From Lentisphaeria bacterium (GTDB lineage Bacteria > Verrucomicrobiota > Lentisphaeria > JABSQK01 > JAWLHB01): DNA of 50,575 nt. The position numbers and the translations under genes are program-made. Of this stretch, positions 20,022 to 30,562 are shown one piece after another. The stretch is taken from assembly GCA_041690595.1 (NCBI GenBank), contig JAWLHB010000025.1:62001-112575 (forward strand). Direction: 5' to 3'. The notes under the pieces are model-generated. The model did no database searches. It worked only from the letters and a program-made list of their open reading frames with translations, and was not told where the DNA came from. Position 1 is the stretch's first letter; the number at the start of each line of letters is the position of its first letter.

Positions 20022-21031
20022 GATCCTGGCTCCACTTTGACGGTGGCGCCAGTGGCGATACTGTCGCGCATGGCGATGGCGGCGCGTACAGCGGCGGCGC
20101 CATCGGCCAGCTTCACCGGGAAGTCGCTTTCGCGGCGCCAGGCGGCGAGAACGCCGGCCAGCTGTTCACGGAAGGCCATGTTCTCGCCGGTGTCCGGATG
20201 GCGCCAGTTGACGGCTTCGATGATCGTGGGCTCGGTCTTTCCGGGTTGCCAGTGTTCGAGCTGGGTGAAGCGCATGTCGTCGATGAAGAGGGAGCCGGTG
20301 GTGCCGACCACGCCGCGCTGCCAGAGATAACGGGGTTCGGCCCAGGAGAGGGAGAGTTGCCCATTGGCGCCGCCGGCCAGTTCCCCGACGGCCGACACGG
20401 TGTCGAGGAAACGTCCGGGCGCCAGACACCGGGAGGAGCCGCGGGCGGCCACCTCCAGCCAATTCCCGCCGACCCAGCGTATGAAGTCGATCTCATGGAC
20501 GCCAAGCTCGATCACCACGCCGCCGCTGGCGGCATCGTCCAGCCGCCATGCGGGTGAACGGGAAGGATCGAGATAGCCGAGACGCCGCGACCAAACTTCA
20601 ACCGGATCGCCGATCATGCCGTCCGCCACGAGTTGGCGCATGCGGCGAAAGGGATCGCTCCAGCGGCCGCTGTGGCCCATGTAGAAGGTGACGCCGGAAG
20701 TCGCCACGGCGGCTTCGATCGCTCGCACGTCTTCTGCCTTGAGTGCGAGCGGCTTCTCGCAGAAGATGGTCTTGCCCGCGTGACAGGCTTTTTCGATGAT
20801 GGCGCGATGGAAGTTTGGTGGGCTGCAGATCCAGACGATGTCTGCCGCGTCGACGAGTTCTTCCTCGCTCTTGACGGGGCGGCCGCCGACATCACGGGCA
20901 AAGGCTTCCGCCTGCTCATGTCGCACATCGAAGACGACGAGTTGATCGAGAAGTCCTTGTTGCGCAAAGCTCTGCGCATGTTCCCTGGCTATGAGCCCGG
21001 TTCCCGCCACACCGATGATCGGCTGCTTCAT
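20018..21031 (-). CDS. Gfo/Idh/MocA family oxidoreductase
   Basis: IGVAGTGLIA, IFCEKP, GGVVIELGVHEID; ATGA overlap with the next gene. Confidence 0.9.
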   Translation of the reverse strand: MKQPIIGVAGTGLIAREHAQSFAQQGLLDQLVVFDVRHEQAEAFARDVGGRPVKSEEELVDAADIVWICSPPNFHRAIIEKACHAGKTIFCEKPLALKAEDVRAIEAAVATSGVTFYMGHSGRWSDPFRRMRQLVADGMIGDPVEVWSRRLGYLDPSRSPAWRLDDAASGGVVIELGVHEIDFIRWVGGNWLEVAARGSSRCLAPGRFLDTVSAVGELAGGANGQLSLSWAEPRYLWQRGVVGTTGSLFIDDMRFTQLEHWQPGKTEPTIIEAVNWRHPDTGENMAFREQLAGVLAAWRRESDFPVKLADGAAAVRAAIAMRDSIATGATVKVEPGS

Positions 21032-21164
21032 GGTCCTGATTTCCTTCGTGCCACGATTTTCCGGATCCGCTAGTCATTCTGGAGGGAATATACAGGCATC
21101 CGCATGCTCCACAACTGCAGGAAACGTACTTGACAGCGGCAGGATCTGGAGCGATGTTTAATTC

Positions 21165-21821
21165 ATGAATCAGGCTTCTCCTTTAAGCGCCGCGATCTTC
21201 CTTGATCGCGATGGGACGATCATCGAGGATGTCGGGCATGTTCATGCGCCGGAGCAACTCTGTTTTCTGCCTCGGGCGATCGAGGCGCTGAGGGCGCTTC
21301 AGCGACATTATCGGCTCTTTATCGTGACCAATCAATCGGGTATTTCGCTGGGGGCGATCACGCCGGCGCAACTGGCGGAGGTGCATGCGCATCTGCTGGG
21401 CGAGCTGGGTGAGCATGGCATCCAGATCGAAGAGATCTATACCTGCCCGCACACGCGCGCTGAAGGATGCCGTTGCATCAAGCCAGAGCCATATTTTCTG
21501 GATCAGGCCCGTCGCCGACACGGGGTGGATCTCGCAACCTCGTATGTGCTTGGGGATCACCCTCACGACGTGGAGTTCGGTCGGCGGAACGGAGCACGCG
21601 GTATCTATCTTCTGACCGGGCATGGGCAACGGCACCTGGCAGAGCTTGGGGCCGATGCGGAGGTAGCCGCTGACGTGTGGGAGGCAGCGGAGCGGATCCT
21701 CCGCCGTCGTGCCGCGGGTCTAGTCGGCGGTGGTCAGGGTAATGGGGCCCGGGGAACGGAGGTAGATGATGGAGAGGTCGTTCTCGATGGGAATGGTGCA
21801 GCGACCCACCGCTTCCTTTGA
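21165..21821 (+). CDS. gmhB: HAD-IIIA phosphatase, D-glycero-D-manno-heptose 1,7-bisphosphate phosphatase-like
   Basis: FLDRDGTI, VTNQSG, CPH..CRCIKP zinc motif, LGD. Confidence 0.85.
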   Translation: MNQASPLSAAIFLDRDGTIIEDVGHVHAPEQLCFLPRAIEALRALQRHYRLFIVTNQSGISLGAITPAQLAEVHAHLLGELGEHGIQIEEIYTCPHTRAEGCRCIKPEPYFLDQARRRHGVDLATSYVLGDHPHDVEFGRRNGARGIYLLTGHGQRHLAELGADAEVAADVWEAAERILRRRAAGLVGGGQGNGARGTEVDDGEVVLDGNGAATHRFL

Positions 21822-24800
21822 TAGTACCAGCTCCAGAGGCTGCTCGATGAGTGGAAGCTCGGGAGAGACGACGACCTGGCGGCCGTGAGCGGCGCGCACG
21901 CGGATCAAGCCGCCTCCCCGAAGGCGCAGGCCATTGGGCAGGCGCTCCACGGAGTCGAAGGGGGAATCGGCGAGGATGGCGAGGCCCTGGTAGACAACGG
22001 TATGGGCGCCCTGATGATCCGACGTGGCAACGCCGCCGCTGGAGTCGACGCCGATGAGCGGGTTTTCTTCGCCCGTGAGCAGGTCCTGACCTGCCAGATG
22101 GAAGGGTTGACGCGCTTCGCTGTAGTAGCGTGAACCGCTGGTGATGGTGACGCCGCCGCTCTCCCCCTGCTGAACGAACCAGGGGGCGGTGACCGCGGGA
22201 ATGTGGCGCGCGAGGTGATCGAGCCAGGCGGAGCCGGTCCGCGAGAGGCCGTCGACGATGACGGTGCCCTTGAAGTCGGCGTGGCGCCAACGTGCGAGAA
22301 CGCTCTTGCCGTTGGCGATGGCGAGGGAGTCGCCGCCGGTGATGGACGCGACGATCTGGGCGCTGCCGAAGTCGGTCTCGGCATTCTCGGGTTCCTGGGT
22401 GGTGATGACGAGATCCTTCTCCCATGGCCAGTCGAGGGTGAGGTGTCCATCGAGGTCCTCAGGCGTGGGCATTTCCCGCGCGTTGTCGGCAGTCAGATCG
22501 CGATGGATGTAGAGGATGCCATCGGTGTCGCGCAGCCAGGAGGTGAGGGCGGTGATGGTTTCATCGCGGAGGCGGGGCGGGTCATGAATGGCGATGATCC
22601 GGTAGCGAGAAAGGTCGAGGTAGGGGAGCTGGTTGATTTCGCAGATGAAGTCGCCACTCTGGAAGAGACCAAAGCCGGGGATGAGTGGCCGCTCGCCATC
22701 GCGGGACCAGACGGAGATGCCGTCGCGTACTGCGAGCACGGGGGCGGGAGTGGGGCGCTCCGGCAGGTCGCCGATCACGCGGATGCAGTCGTAGACGTAT
22801 TTCTGGTAGAGCTGCATACCCTGGATAAGGGCGGTCTTTTCGGTGGCGATCTTCTCGAGTTCGACTTTGCGCGGATCGGGGCGTTCCTGGAGGGTGAAAC
22901 CGAGGTCGTCACCGGCTGGCTCCTCGCCGAGGGTAGGGGCGTTCTTGGCATCCTGCTGAGTGAGGCGAATCTCCTCGACCCCCTTGAAGGCGAGATCGGC
23001 GCCGCGGCGCAGGCGATCGGTGTCGGTGATATCTTCCAAGCCGACCTGAACACCTGACATGCTGCGGCCGGGGGTGAAGGTGGGGTCGACAAAGATCCAG
23101 ACGCTGAACCATCCGGCCTGGGCGCCGGCGAGCCAGGCGCTCAGGGCATCGGCGTAGGCTCGCTGGGCGCGCGAGATGAGCGGGACGGTGGGAGGCTTGT
23201 GGTCATGGCGGACGGGATTCATCTCATAGCCGCCAATGCCGAGGCTCAGCCACATGACGGGGCGGTCGGGCCAGAGGGTCTTCAGGCGTCGGACCAGCCA
23301 GTAGCCGGCAAGGCGATTGCAGCCCTTGTAGTCATAGATGCCGTTGACGTCGAACTGCATCCGGCGATCCGGCGGCCAGGAGCCATCCTTGAGGAGCACC
23401 TCCTTGGGCAGAAAGGTGGCGACCTGGAGGCCCGGGCGCAGCACGCCGAAGTAGAGCTTGGTGAAGCGGTAAAGCTCGTTGAACCCGTCGACGCAGCGTT
23501 CGCGGGCCCAGTAGAGCCAGGCCTCGCGCTCGACCTCGGAGAGGGCTTCCGGATTGCCATCGATTCGGGCGGGATCGAGGCCAGCGTCGAGGCAGAAGAG
23601 GCGCCAGCCACTTGGCCAGAGATTGTCGGCGGTCATGTTCATGGTTTCTTCGCCGTAGACTACGCCATCCAGGTAGGGGAGGAGCTCCGGCGGCAGTTGC
23701 CGGATGAGGGCGAGCCAGTAGTCGTCGCGCCCCTGAAGATCGGTGATGACCGCGCCGGGATTGCCGATGGGGCTGAGGCGCGAGAAGAAGATCTTGCCGG
23801 CCTCGCTGGCTTCCTGCCAGAGGGGCGTGACATCGGGCTTGAAGACATAGTAGGCGTCGATCGGCGAATGGACGGCATCGGCTCCATAGCCGCATAACCA
23901 GCGCAGGTTGGGACGATCCTTGACGCTGCGGGCGGCCGGTCGCGGTTTCCCTTCGATTCCCAGGCTCCGCTGCAGGAGGACGCGAATGACGGGATCCTGC
24001 TCCATTTGCAGGGCCTTCCGCAGGGACTCCTCCGATGGTGCGATCGACGGCGTGGTCAGGAGGCTTGCGGCGTGGAGGCGGACCCAGAGGTGGGGATCGC
24101 CGAGGGCTGCCTCGACCATGGGTGAGGCGGTTTCCGGTGCGACGGCGGCGATGAGGCTCAGAGCATGGGTGCGGGTCGGTGGATCTGGATTGGCGCAGGC
24201 TTCCGCCAGCAGGTCGGCGTTTTGCGCATGGCGGTCGAGAATCTGCTTGCGAAGGTAGGGGTGGGCGACCTGGAGGTCAAAGCGATCGGCGTCAAGGCCA
24301 TCCGCCGGGCGCAGGGGGGCGAGGGCCTGCTGCGCTGCCTGGGCGATGGGCATGTAGGCGGTATTGGCGAGGCGGACGACGGTCCCCCGGTCGGCATCGG
24401 CAAGGGGCTGGAGCAGGGCGGCGAGGACGAGCTCCTCGCGCACGCCATGGAGATCGGGCGGAGGCGGAGGTGTGGCTTTGGGCGGTTGCCCGATTGCCAT
24501 GGCGGCTGCCTTGAGCTTCTCGATATCACTGCGGCGGGCTTCGGCGAGGGGGGAGGCGGCACGCTCGGGATTGACCTGGGCGAGTACGCGCAGGGCGCCG
24601 ATTTTGCGGGCGAGAGAGACGGGTGGGCGTGCCGTCTCGCCGCCGCCCAGCTCACCGTCGAGCAGGGTATCCATACTGACTTCGCCTGCCACGGGGGCGG
24701 CGACAATCTGCATGACTTCGGCGATGAAGGGCTCTTCCTTGGCCACCAGAAGACGGACGGCGGTGGCCTCATGGTGCGTCCCCAGTACGGTCGGCAGGGC

Positions 24801-25469
24801 GAGGGGGACGAGGGCGTTGACCAGCTTCAGTTCGTCCGGCTCGGGGCGGCGTATGGCGAGGACGCCAATGGCGGCCTGGAGGAGGGCATCGGCAATGAAG
24901 GGATCGTCGGGATAGGCATGGCGGATCGGGCCAAGAATCTGTAGTTTGAGGGCGGCGGTGTTGCGGGGCCACGGCACGTGGTAGGCGGGCAGGCCATAGT
25001 GTGCCATGAAGAGGCGCTCATCGGGATACCTCACCTCGCTGAGGGAGGGGTCGGGGCCGCGGCCGAGGGCGCCGGCGAGTTCCGTGGCCAGGTGTCGGAT
25101 CTGCGTGGAGTCGGGAGGGATCTCCCATGACTGGACACCGGTCGCGGTGTGCAGCTCGATGCTTCCATCGTTGACACGGATCACCGCATCGACAGGGAGC
25201 TGATCGCGCACCATGGCGAGCAGACCGGCCTCTGGAGCCCGAACCCGCTCGGGAGAGAGCGAAGCGAGGATGGCGTGCGTCCAGGCAGGTGTGGCCAGTT
25301 CGATCTCGTCATGAGCGCCGAGACGCTCATGGAGATAGTTGAGGGTCATTGCCAGAGGATCGGCGGACTCTGGAGAGGAGGGGGCGGGGGGGATGGCCAG
25401 GCGGAGGGGGGCGGCATGGGCGGTCAGCAGACAGAACAGCCACACGAGAGCGACGGACCGTGGGTTCAT
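21720..25469 (-). CDS. Large secreted protein (1249 aa) with HEAT-like repeats and a putative glycoside-hydrolase-like domain
   Basis: Signal peptide MNPRSVALVWLFCLLTAHA at ATG 25469, which overlaps the upstream stop (ATGA). HEAT-like segments NPDPPTRTHAL, LGDPHLWVRLHAA and EQDPVIR; the central aromatic-rich domain contains YGEE. Confidence 0.65.
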   Translation of the reverse strand: MNPRSVALVWLFCLLTAHAAPLRLAIPPAPSSPESADPLAMTLNYLHERLGAHDEIELATPAWTHAILASLSPERVRAPEAGLLAMVRDQLPVDAVIRVNDGSIELHTATGVQSWEIPPDSTQIRHLATELAGALGRGPDPSLSEVRYPDERLFMAHYGLPAYHVPWPRNTAALKLQILGPIRHAYPDDPFIADALLQAAIGVLAIRRPEPDELKLVNALVPLALPTVLGTHHEATAVRLLVAKEEPFIAEVMQIVAAPVAGEVSMDTLLDGELGGGETARPPVSLARKIGALRVLAQVNPERAASPLAEARRSDIEKLKAAAMAIGQPPKATPPPPPDLHGVREELVLAALLQPLADADRGTVVRLANTAYMPIAQAAQQALAPLRPADGLDADRFDLQVAHPYLRKQILDRHAQNADLLAEACANPDPPTRTHALSLIAAVAPETASPMVEAALGDPHLWVRLHAASLLTTPSIAPSEESLRKALQMEQDPVIRVLLQRSLGIEGKPRPAARSVKDRPNLRWLCGYGADAVHSPIDAYYVFKPDVTPLWQEASEAGKIFFSRLSPIGNPGAVITDLQGRDDYWLALIRQLPPELLPYLDGVVYGEETMNMTADNLWPSGWRLFCLDAGLDPARIDGNPEALSEVEREAWLYWARERCVDGFNELYRFTKLYFGVLRPGLQVATFLPKEVLLKDGSWPPDRRMQFDVNGIYDYKGCNRLAGYWLVRRLKTLWPDRPVMWLSLGIGGYEMNPVRHDHKPPTVPLISRAQRAYADALSAWLAGAQAGWFSVWIFVDPTFTPGRSMSGVQVGLEDITDTDRLRRGADLAFKGVEEIRLTQQDAKNAPTLGEEPAGDDLGFTLQERPDPRKVELEKIATEKTALIQGMQLYQKYVYDCIRVIGDLPERPTPAPVLAVRDGISVWSRDGERPLIPGFGLFQSGDFICEINQLPYLDLSRYRIIAIHDPPRLRDETITALTSWLRDTDGILYIHRDLTADNAREMPTPEDLDGHLTLDWPWEKDLVITTQEPENAETDFGSAQIVASITGGDSLAIANGKSVLARWRHADFKGTVIVDGLSRTGSAWLDHLARHIPAVTAPWFVQQGESGGVTITSGSRYYSEARQPFHLAGQDLLTGEENPLIGVDSSGGVATSDHQGAHTVVYQGLAILADSPFDSVERLPNGLRLRGGGLIRVRAAHGRQVVVSPELPLIEQPLELVLSKEAVGRCTIPIENDLSIIYLRSPGPITLTTAD

Positions 25470-28417
25470 TGCGGCTTCACCAGATTTTGGAGGTCGAGAT
25501 CGAAGCTGGCGCCATCGTGAAGGTGGATGCTGACGCCGCTGTCGCCCATCGCCGTTATCCCCTGCACGCGGGCCTGCTCCCGGTAGGGCTCGAGGATGGT
25601 GACGTAATGAACTATCGCGCCCTGTCGGCGATGTATCAAGGTGGGGGTGGGCTGCGGAATGATGCGGGTCTGGATGTTGTTGAGGGCGCTGCCGGCGGTG
25701 AAGGCTTCGCCTCCGGGGGTTGCCCAGAGGGCCAGCTTGGCATTCTCGGCAACGGTCCATTGCAGATGAAGGGGGCCGCTTCCCGTGAGTAGCTTTGGCT
25801 CCAGAAGCCGCTCGTAATTGGCGGTGGTGCCGAGGGGCTCGGTGACCGGCGTTGCCTGCCAGCCGTCGCCAAGGGACAGGTCGCCATAGTTGTGATAGAC
25901 GAAGTCGTAGGTGTGATCCTCGCTGCTGTCCAGCTTGTCGAAGAGGATCACGATGCCATCCTTGAGGACGACTGCCCGGGTATGGTCGACACCGGGACGA
26001 ATGGCGGGGACGATGGCGGCGACCAGTTGCATCTCCGGGTCGTCGCGCCAGGCGAGGAGGTTGCCGACGGCGGCCATCTGATCCCGGTGGTCGACGAGGA
26101 CGACATTCTGGCTCATCGAGCCGGAGGAGACGAGGCCGTCCAGGTGCTCATTGCGGGTCATGCCGCCTCTGCCGACGTTGTAGAGGCTGCCCGGCCCCTG
26201 GGTGTAGAGGTGGCCGAAGGCGCTCAGGCTGATGGTGTTGCGATCCTGATGCGCATGCATGGGATTGCGGCCGAAATCGAGGGTCGTCATGATCTGCTCG
26301 GCGCTCGTCTGGCCGGAGCGCAGGATGGCATAGCCGGCGTATTCGAAGAGGCGTGGCCGGCTTTCCACGAGCTGCTGCCAGGCTTGGGCTTCCGGGCGGC
26401 GTCCGGTGCGATGGGCAGCCAACTGGGCCTGGATTGTCGAGAGATTGCCGAGATCGAAGAGCCATGTTTCGTCGGGGAACATGCCAACGAGCCAATCGGC
26501 TTCGGTCCGTTTTCCGACGCGGAAGCCGCGCCCGATGTCGCCGGTGTTGGGGATGAAACCGTCGAGAGTGGCACGCTGATAGGGCATGCGGATGGCGGCC
26601 AGGAGTCGTTCCTTCGGGAAGTCGACGGCGATCTGGGAATTGTCGAGGAAGGCGAGTGCCGGGAGGTATTCGCTCATGGCGGCATGGTGATAGTTGAGTG
26701 GGCGGCCTTCACTGGTGAAGCCGTCGGGGGTGATGTCGTTGAGACGTCGCAGGAGGCCGGCATCGCTGTAAAGAGCCCAGCGGAGCATGGCTGCATCGTG
26801 AAAGGCGAGGCCCAGGAGAAGGATGTTGTGGTTGGTGATGTCGGTCATGTTGGAGATGCCGCCGGCGAACTTCATCAGCTCGGTGGCGTAAGGGAGTACG
26901 AAGTTGAGATAGATGTGCTGGCGCACCTCGGGGGTCAGGGAGGGAGAGTCGGCAATGGCGGAGAGCAGGCGACAGTGGCCCTTGAAGTACCAGTTGGTGC
27001 CATAGGTGCTGGAGAGAGCGACGCGGGAGCTGCTGAGCAGGGCCTCCCCGCGGCTGTGCGGGGGGCTGAAGATGTCGTCCCAGCTCAGACTCGAATACTG
27101 CTGGGCGTAGAGCTGGAAGAGTTCGACAGCTTTCCGCGCGTACTTCTCGTCGCCGGTGAAGAGGTAGGCGTTGGTGAGGTGCTCGAGGGCGTTGCCGCGC
27201 ATGGCCATGTATTCTTTCCAGGTGCGGGCGGCGATGGTGGTGTCGAACTGTTTTTCGCCGCTCTTGAGGTTGACGGCTTCGGGCATGCGATCGCTGGGAC
27301 GCCAGTCACCCACCCAATTGTTGCTGACATGGAGGTGGCCGGTCGGGATGCGCAGGAGTTCCTTCTGGAGGAACTCCTCGGCGCCGGTGATGGCTGCGTT
27401 TGGTTTGACCAGGCTGCTCAACGCTTCATCGCCGGATAGGTTTTCGCGCAGGAAGGTCAGTTCGTCGGGCTTGAGGAGAATCTGACGACGGACGGCTGGG
27501 GAGAGTGGGCGTACCAGGCTGCCCTGCCAGGTGATGGAAGCCTCTGGGGCATGAGCGGGGTGAAAGACGATGGTGAGGGCTTCGTCATACAACTCGGGGA
27601 GTTCCTGCTCATCTGCCGCCAACATGGTGGCCGTGAGGGTGAAGATGGCGGACTTGCCGTTCTTGACGTTGTCGACGCGAGGCTTGTCCAGCTCGACGGT
27701 GAAATGCTCATGCTTGGAGACGACCGTGGCGATCATGTCCACGGGCTGATTGGCCTGATTGTGGAGGTGGTGGCGCAGGGTGTAAATCGCGTTGCCTGCA
27801 TCGTCGCGACTGAGGATGGGCCAGGTGATCGGTTCGAGGAAGTCGGGCTTCAGGCGAATGATGGCGGGGGTCAAGTTGAGGCCGCGGAGTTCGACGACGG
27901 TATCGGGTGCCAAGGCGACGGCGCTGAACTTGAGAAAGGCGTCAACGCCTTGGCCGTCCACATTGTCCCAGGGGAGCCAGTTTGGCCTGGCCAGCTCGAA
28001 GCAGCGGCGGTGCCAGGCATCTTTGGCGGTCGTGAGGATGGCGACCTGCCATTCGTGCACCTTGTACTGGCGGGGTCCGGAGACATGGCCGAGCATGGTG
28101 AAGCCCATGCTGCTGAGTTCTCCGGCGGCTATGCGCACTTCAAAGGTGGCATAGTCATAATAGCGCAGCCGATTCAAGAGCGGGTGCCCTTGGGCAATGG
28201 CGAGTTCCGCCGTCTGCCCCGCCTGCAGATGCCAGCGGTAGACGCCTTCCCCGGCTTCGATGCGACTGTTCTGCGTCACCCATAGCGCGTCAGGGGTGTC
28301 TGGCTGCAGGTTGTAGAGATGATCAGCCGGGGTTTGGCCGGCGGCCTGAGCGGCAAGCGCCAGACAGGCGGCGACAAGAGTGGCAAGGTATGGTTTCAGC
28401 ACAGTTATTCTCTCCAT
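25466..28417 (-). CDS. Heparinase II/III family polysaccharide lyase-like protein, secreted
   Basis: Signal peptide; AYLFTGDEKYA; DGFTSEGRPLNYH; PNTGD; GYAILR; HAHQDRNTISLSAFG; SQNVVLVD. Confidence 0.82.
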   Translation of the reverse strand: MERITVLKPYLATLVAACLALAAQAAGQTPADHLYNLQPDTPDALWVTQNSRIEAGEGVYRWHLQAGQTAELAIAQGHPLLNRLRYYDYATFEVRIAAGELSSMGFTMLGHVSGPRQYKVHEWQVAILTTAKDAWHRRCFELARPNWLPWDNVDGQGVDAFLKFSAVALAPDTVVELRGLNLTPAIIRLKPDFLEPITWPILSRDDAGNAIYTLRHHLHNQANQPVDMIATVVSKHEHFTVELDKPRVDNVKNGKSAIFTLTATMLAADEQELPELYDEALTIVFHPAHAPEASITWQGSLVRPLSPAVRRQILLKPDELTFLRENLSGDEALSSLVKPNAAITGAEEFLQKELLRIPTGHLHVSNNWVGDWRPSDRMPEAVNLKSGEKQFDTTIAARTWKEYMAMRGNALEHLTNAYLFTGDEKYARKAVELFQLYAQQYSSLSWDDIFSPPHSRGEALLSSSRVALSSTYGTNWYFKGHCRLLSAIADSPSLTPEVRQHIYLNFVLPYATELMKFAGGISNMTDITNHNILLLGLAFHDAAMLRWALYSDAGLLRRLNDITPDGFTSEGRPLNYHHAAMSEYLPALAFLDNSQIAVDFPKERLLAAIRMPYQRATLDGFIPNTGDIGRGFRVGKRTEADWLVGMFPDETWLFDLGNLSTIQAQLAAHRTGRRPEAQAWQQLVESRPRLFEYAGYAILRSGQTSAEQIMTTLDFGRNPMHAHQDRNTISLSAFGHLYTQGPGSLYNVGRGGMTRNEHLDGLVSSGSMSQNVVLVDHRDQMAAVGNLLAWRDDPEMQLVAAIVPAIRPGVDHTRAVVLKDGIVILFDKLDSSEDHTYDFVYHNYGDLSLGDGWQATPVTEPLGTTANYERLLEPKLLTGSGPLHLQWTVAENAKLALWATPGGEAFTAGSALNNIQTRIIPQPTPTLIHRRQGAIVHYVTILEPYREQARVQGITAMGDSGVSIHLHDGASFDLDLQNLVKPQ

Positions 28418-28545
28418 TGAAACAGGCGGTCAAGGCGGGGGGCGGGGATGACGTTATGAAGCCAATCTTATATACTGATGGTTGGTATAATTTGCAAGCT
28501 GGAGGAGTTCTCAGATGGGATGGGGGAGAATTCCTGGTTGGTCGC

Positions 28546-28574
28546 TTGCCAAACATCATATATTGTCATAGTCT
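28546..28574 (+). promoter_or_regulatory. Putative sigma70 promoter of the regulator operon
   Basis: TTGCCA-N17-TAGTCT in the AT-rich divergent intergenic region, 33 bp upstream of ATG 28608. Confidence 0.4.
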
Positions 28575-28607
28575 AATAGAAGAGCAATCCTTACAGGGGA
28601 GAAGCGG

Positions 28608-29762
28608 ATGCTGGCCAGAGACAGACTCGACAGGTCCTCGATACAGCCGTTGTACCAGCAACTGGCGTCGTTGTTGCGCGAGGAGTTGAAGGAGTGTCAG
28701 CCGGGCAGTCGCTTCTACGGGGATGATCATCTGTGCGAGCTGTACCAGGTGAGCAAGCCGGTGGTGCGGAGTGCGCTGACTATTCTGGTGGAGGAGGGGT
28801 TGCTTCGTCGGCAGCGGGCGAAGGGGACCTTTGTGGAAGACTTTCGCGCGGATCAGCTGGTGCCCCTTTCCTGCGTGGCGGTGGTGGCGCCGCTGGAGAG
28901 CTATTTTCCGCACGCCTCGGCGCTACGCGGGCTGCGGGAAGTGGGGGCGGAGCACGGTTATGACCTGCTGCTGAGTGAGCCGCCGACATCGTTGTTCGAC
29001 GCGGCGGCGGCACGGCGGCTACTTGGGGGGCTGTTGCGCAAGGCCGAGGGGGTGATCTGGCTTTCGCCGCATCAGGAGGAGGTGCTGCAGGAGATGGCGC
29101 TGCCGGCGGAGCTGTGTCAGCGCCTGGTCTTCATCAATGCGGCCTTCATGGAAGAGCGTATCAGCTCGGTGATGGCGGACTATCATGCGGGAGCTTTCAA
29201 TGCCTGCACGCACCTGATGCATCTCGGATATCAACGGATCGGCTATGTGGGTGGTCCCACGGAACGGCTCTTCTCGGAGGTGCGCCTGGCGGCGTACCGG
29301 AAGGCGCTGGCCGTGAACGGATTGATTGAGCCGGCCGGCGGTGTGATCGACTTTCTGCCTGTGGACGACTATATGGAGCGCCTGCGGGAGGTTCTGGTCC
29401 GATTTGTCGAGGTCAAACCATTTCCGGAGGCGATCTTCGCGGTGACTGATTATGCCGCGGGAGAATTGATTCATGCTCTTCATCGTCAGGGGCGGCGGGT
29501 GCCGGAGGAGGTGGCGGTGGTGGGCTTCGATGACCGGCTCGGGAGTAACATGCGGCCACCGCTGACCAGTGTGCGTCTACCGTATTATGAGGCGGGGCGG
29601 ACCGCGATGCGGTTGCTGGTGCAGCAGTTGAAGGGAGAGCGTCAATCGGGGGGCAAGCAGTACATTCCATGTCCGCTGATTGTGCGCGAGTCCTGCGGCC
29701 AGGAATTGCGCGGTGGTAAGTCTTCTGAACATGAACAACCAGCCAGGAGGTATCAACCATGA
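28608..29762 (+). CDS. GntR-HTH / LacI-type sugar-binding transcriptional regulator
   Basis: PLYQQLA...[31 protein letters not shown] wHTH, followed by a periplasmic-binding-protein-like domain ([24 protein letters not shown]). Confidence 0.92.
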   Translation: MLARDRLDRSSIQPLYQQLASLLREELKECQPGSRFYGDDHLCELYQVSKPVVRSALTILVEEGLLRRQRAKGTFVEDFRADQLVPLSCVAVVAPLESYFPHASALRGLREVGAEHGYDLLLSEPPTSLFDAAAARRLLGGLLRKAEGVIWLSPHQEEVLQEMALPAELCQRLVFINAAFMEERISSVMADYHAGAFNACTHLMHLGYQRIGYVGGPTERLFSEVRLAAYRKALAVNGLIEPAGGVIDFLPVDDYMERLREVLVRFVEVKPFPEAIFAVTDYAAGELIHALHRQGRRVPEEVAVVGFDDRLGSNMRPPLTSVRLPYYEAGRTAMRLLVQQLKGERQSGGKQYIPCPLIVRESCGQELRGGKSSEHEQPARRYQP

Positions 29763-30538
29763 AGAGAGCGAAACATCAATCCAGGTTCACGTTGATCGAG
29801 TTGCTGGTGGTGATAGCGATCATGGCGATTCTGGCGTCGCTGCTGCTGCCTGCGCTGTCGAAGGCGCGGGAGGCTGGGCGGACGGCGAGTTGCATGAGCA
29901 ACATGAAGCAGGTGATGATGGCCAATTATCTCTACGCGGATGAATTCGATGGTTACCTTGCCGCGGCGATCGTTCGGCCGGGGACGCTTTACACTTCCGC
30001 AAGCTACTGGTTTGCGCAGCTTTCGGAGCTTGGGCACTTCGTGAGTGCCGATGCGCTGGTTTGTCCGTCGGATACGCTGCCGTCGGTGTACGGAGACTAT
30101 TTTCGGGAGCGTCCTTCCTCGGGGCTGATCAGCTTTGGCTACTCGGGGGTGCTGGGGAACGGGCAACTTGCTTATCAGTATCCGGACTCTTGGGGCGTGC
30201 TTTCACGTCAGCGGCGGGTATCGGACTTCAGCGGCGAGAAGGGAACCAAGTCGAAGCCGGAAACGGCCTTTGCGCTCTTCGACTATGCGAGCATCCAGTG
30301 GGCGCCGACGCTGTTCAACAACAAGACCAATGGCAACGTCTCCTTCGGGGTGACGCGGGTTTCGGCCCGACATCGTGGCGGGATGGATCTGCATGAAGAC
30401 CACCAGCCAATGATCGGTTCGGGTAACTTCGGATTTGTGGATGGTCATGTGCAGACCATTCGGGCGCCTTTCGCGGCGAGCAAGTATGTGATGTATGGGA
30501 ACTTCCTGAAGTATTACGATTTTGCCGGCGGCTGGTAA
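29759..30538 (+). CDS. Prepilin-type N-terminal cleavage/methylation protein with an H-X9-DG-type C-terminal motif (DUF1559-like)
   Basis: [43 protein letters not shown]...NFGFVDGHV. Confidence 0.92.
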   Translation: MKRAKHQSRFTLIELLVVIAIMAILASLLLPALSKAREAGRTASCMSNMKQVMMANYLYADEFDGYLAAAIVRPGTLYTSASYWFAQLSELGHFVSADALVCPSDTLPSVYGDYFRERPSSGLISFGYSGVLGNGQLAYQYPDSWGVLSRQRRVSDFSGEKGTKSKPETAFALFDYASIQWAPTLFNNKTNGNVSFGVTRVSARHRGGMDLHEDHQPMIGSGNFGFVDGHVQTIRAPFAASKYVMYGNFLKYYDFAGGW

Positions 30539-30562
30539 GCCGGCGCAACCATTGGGGGATCG

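Noticed and set aside
21130..21162. TTGACA promoter upstream of gmhB
   Set aside because: No acceptable -10 element at 16-18 bp spacing.
25470..25760. N-terminal extension of the 1346-aa ORF
   Set aside because: It overlaps the upstream lyase gene; the signal peptide starts at ATG 25469.
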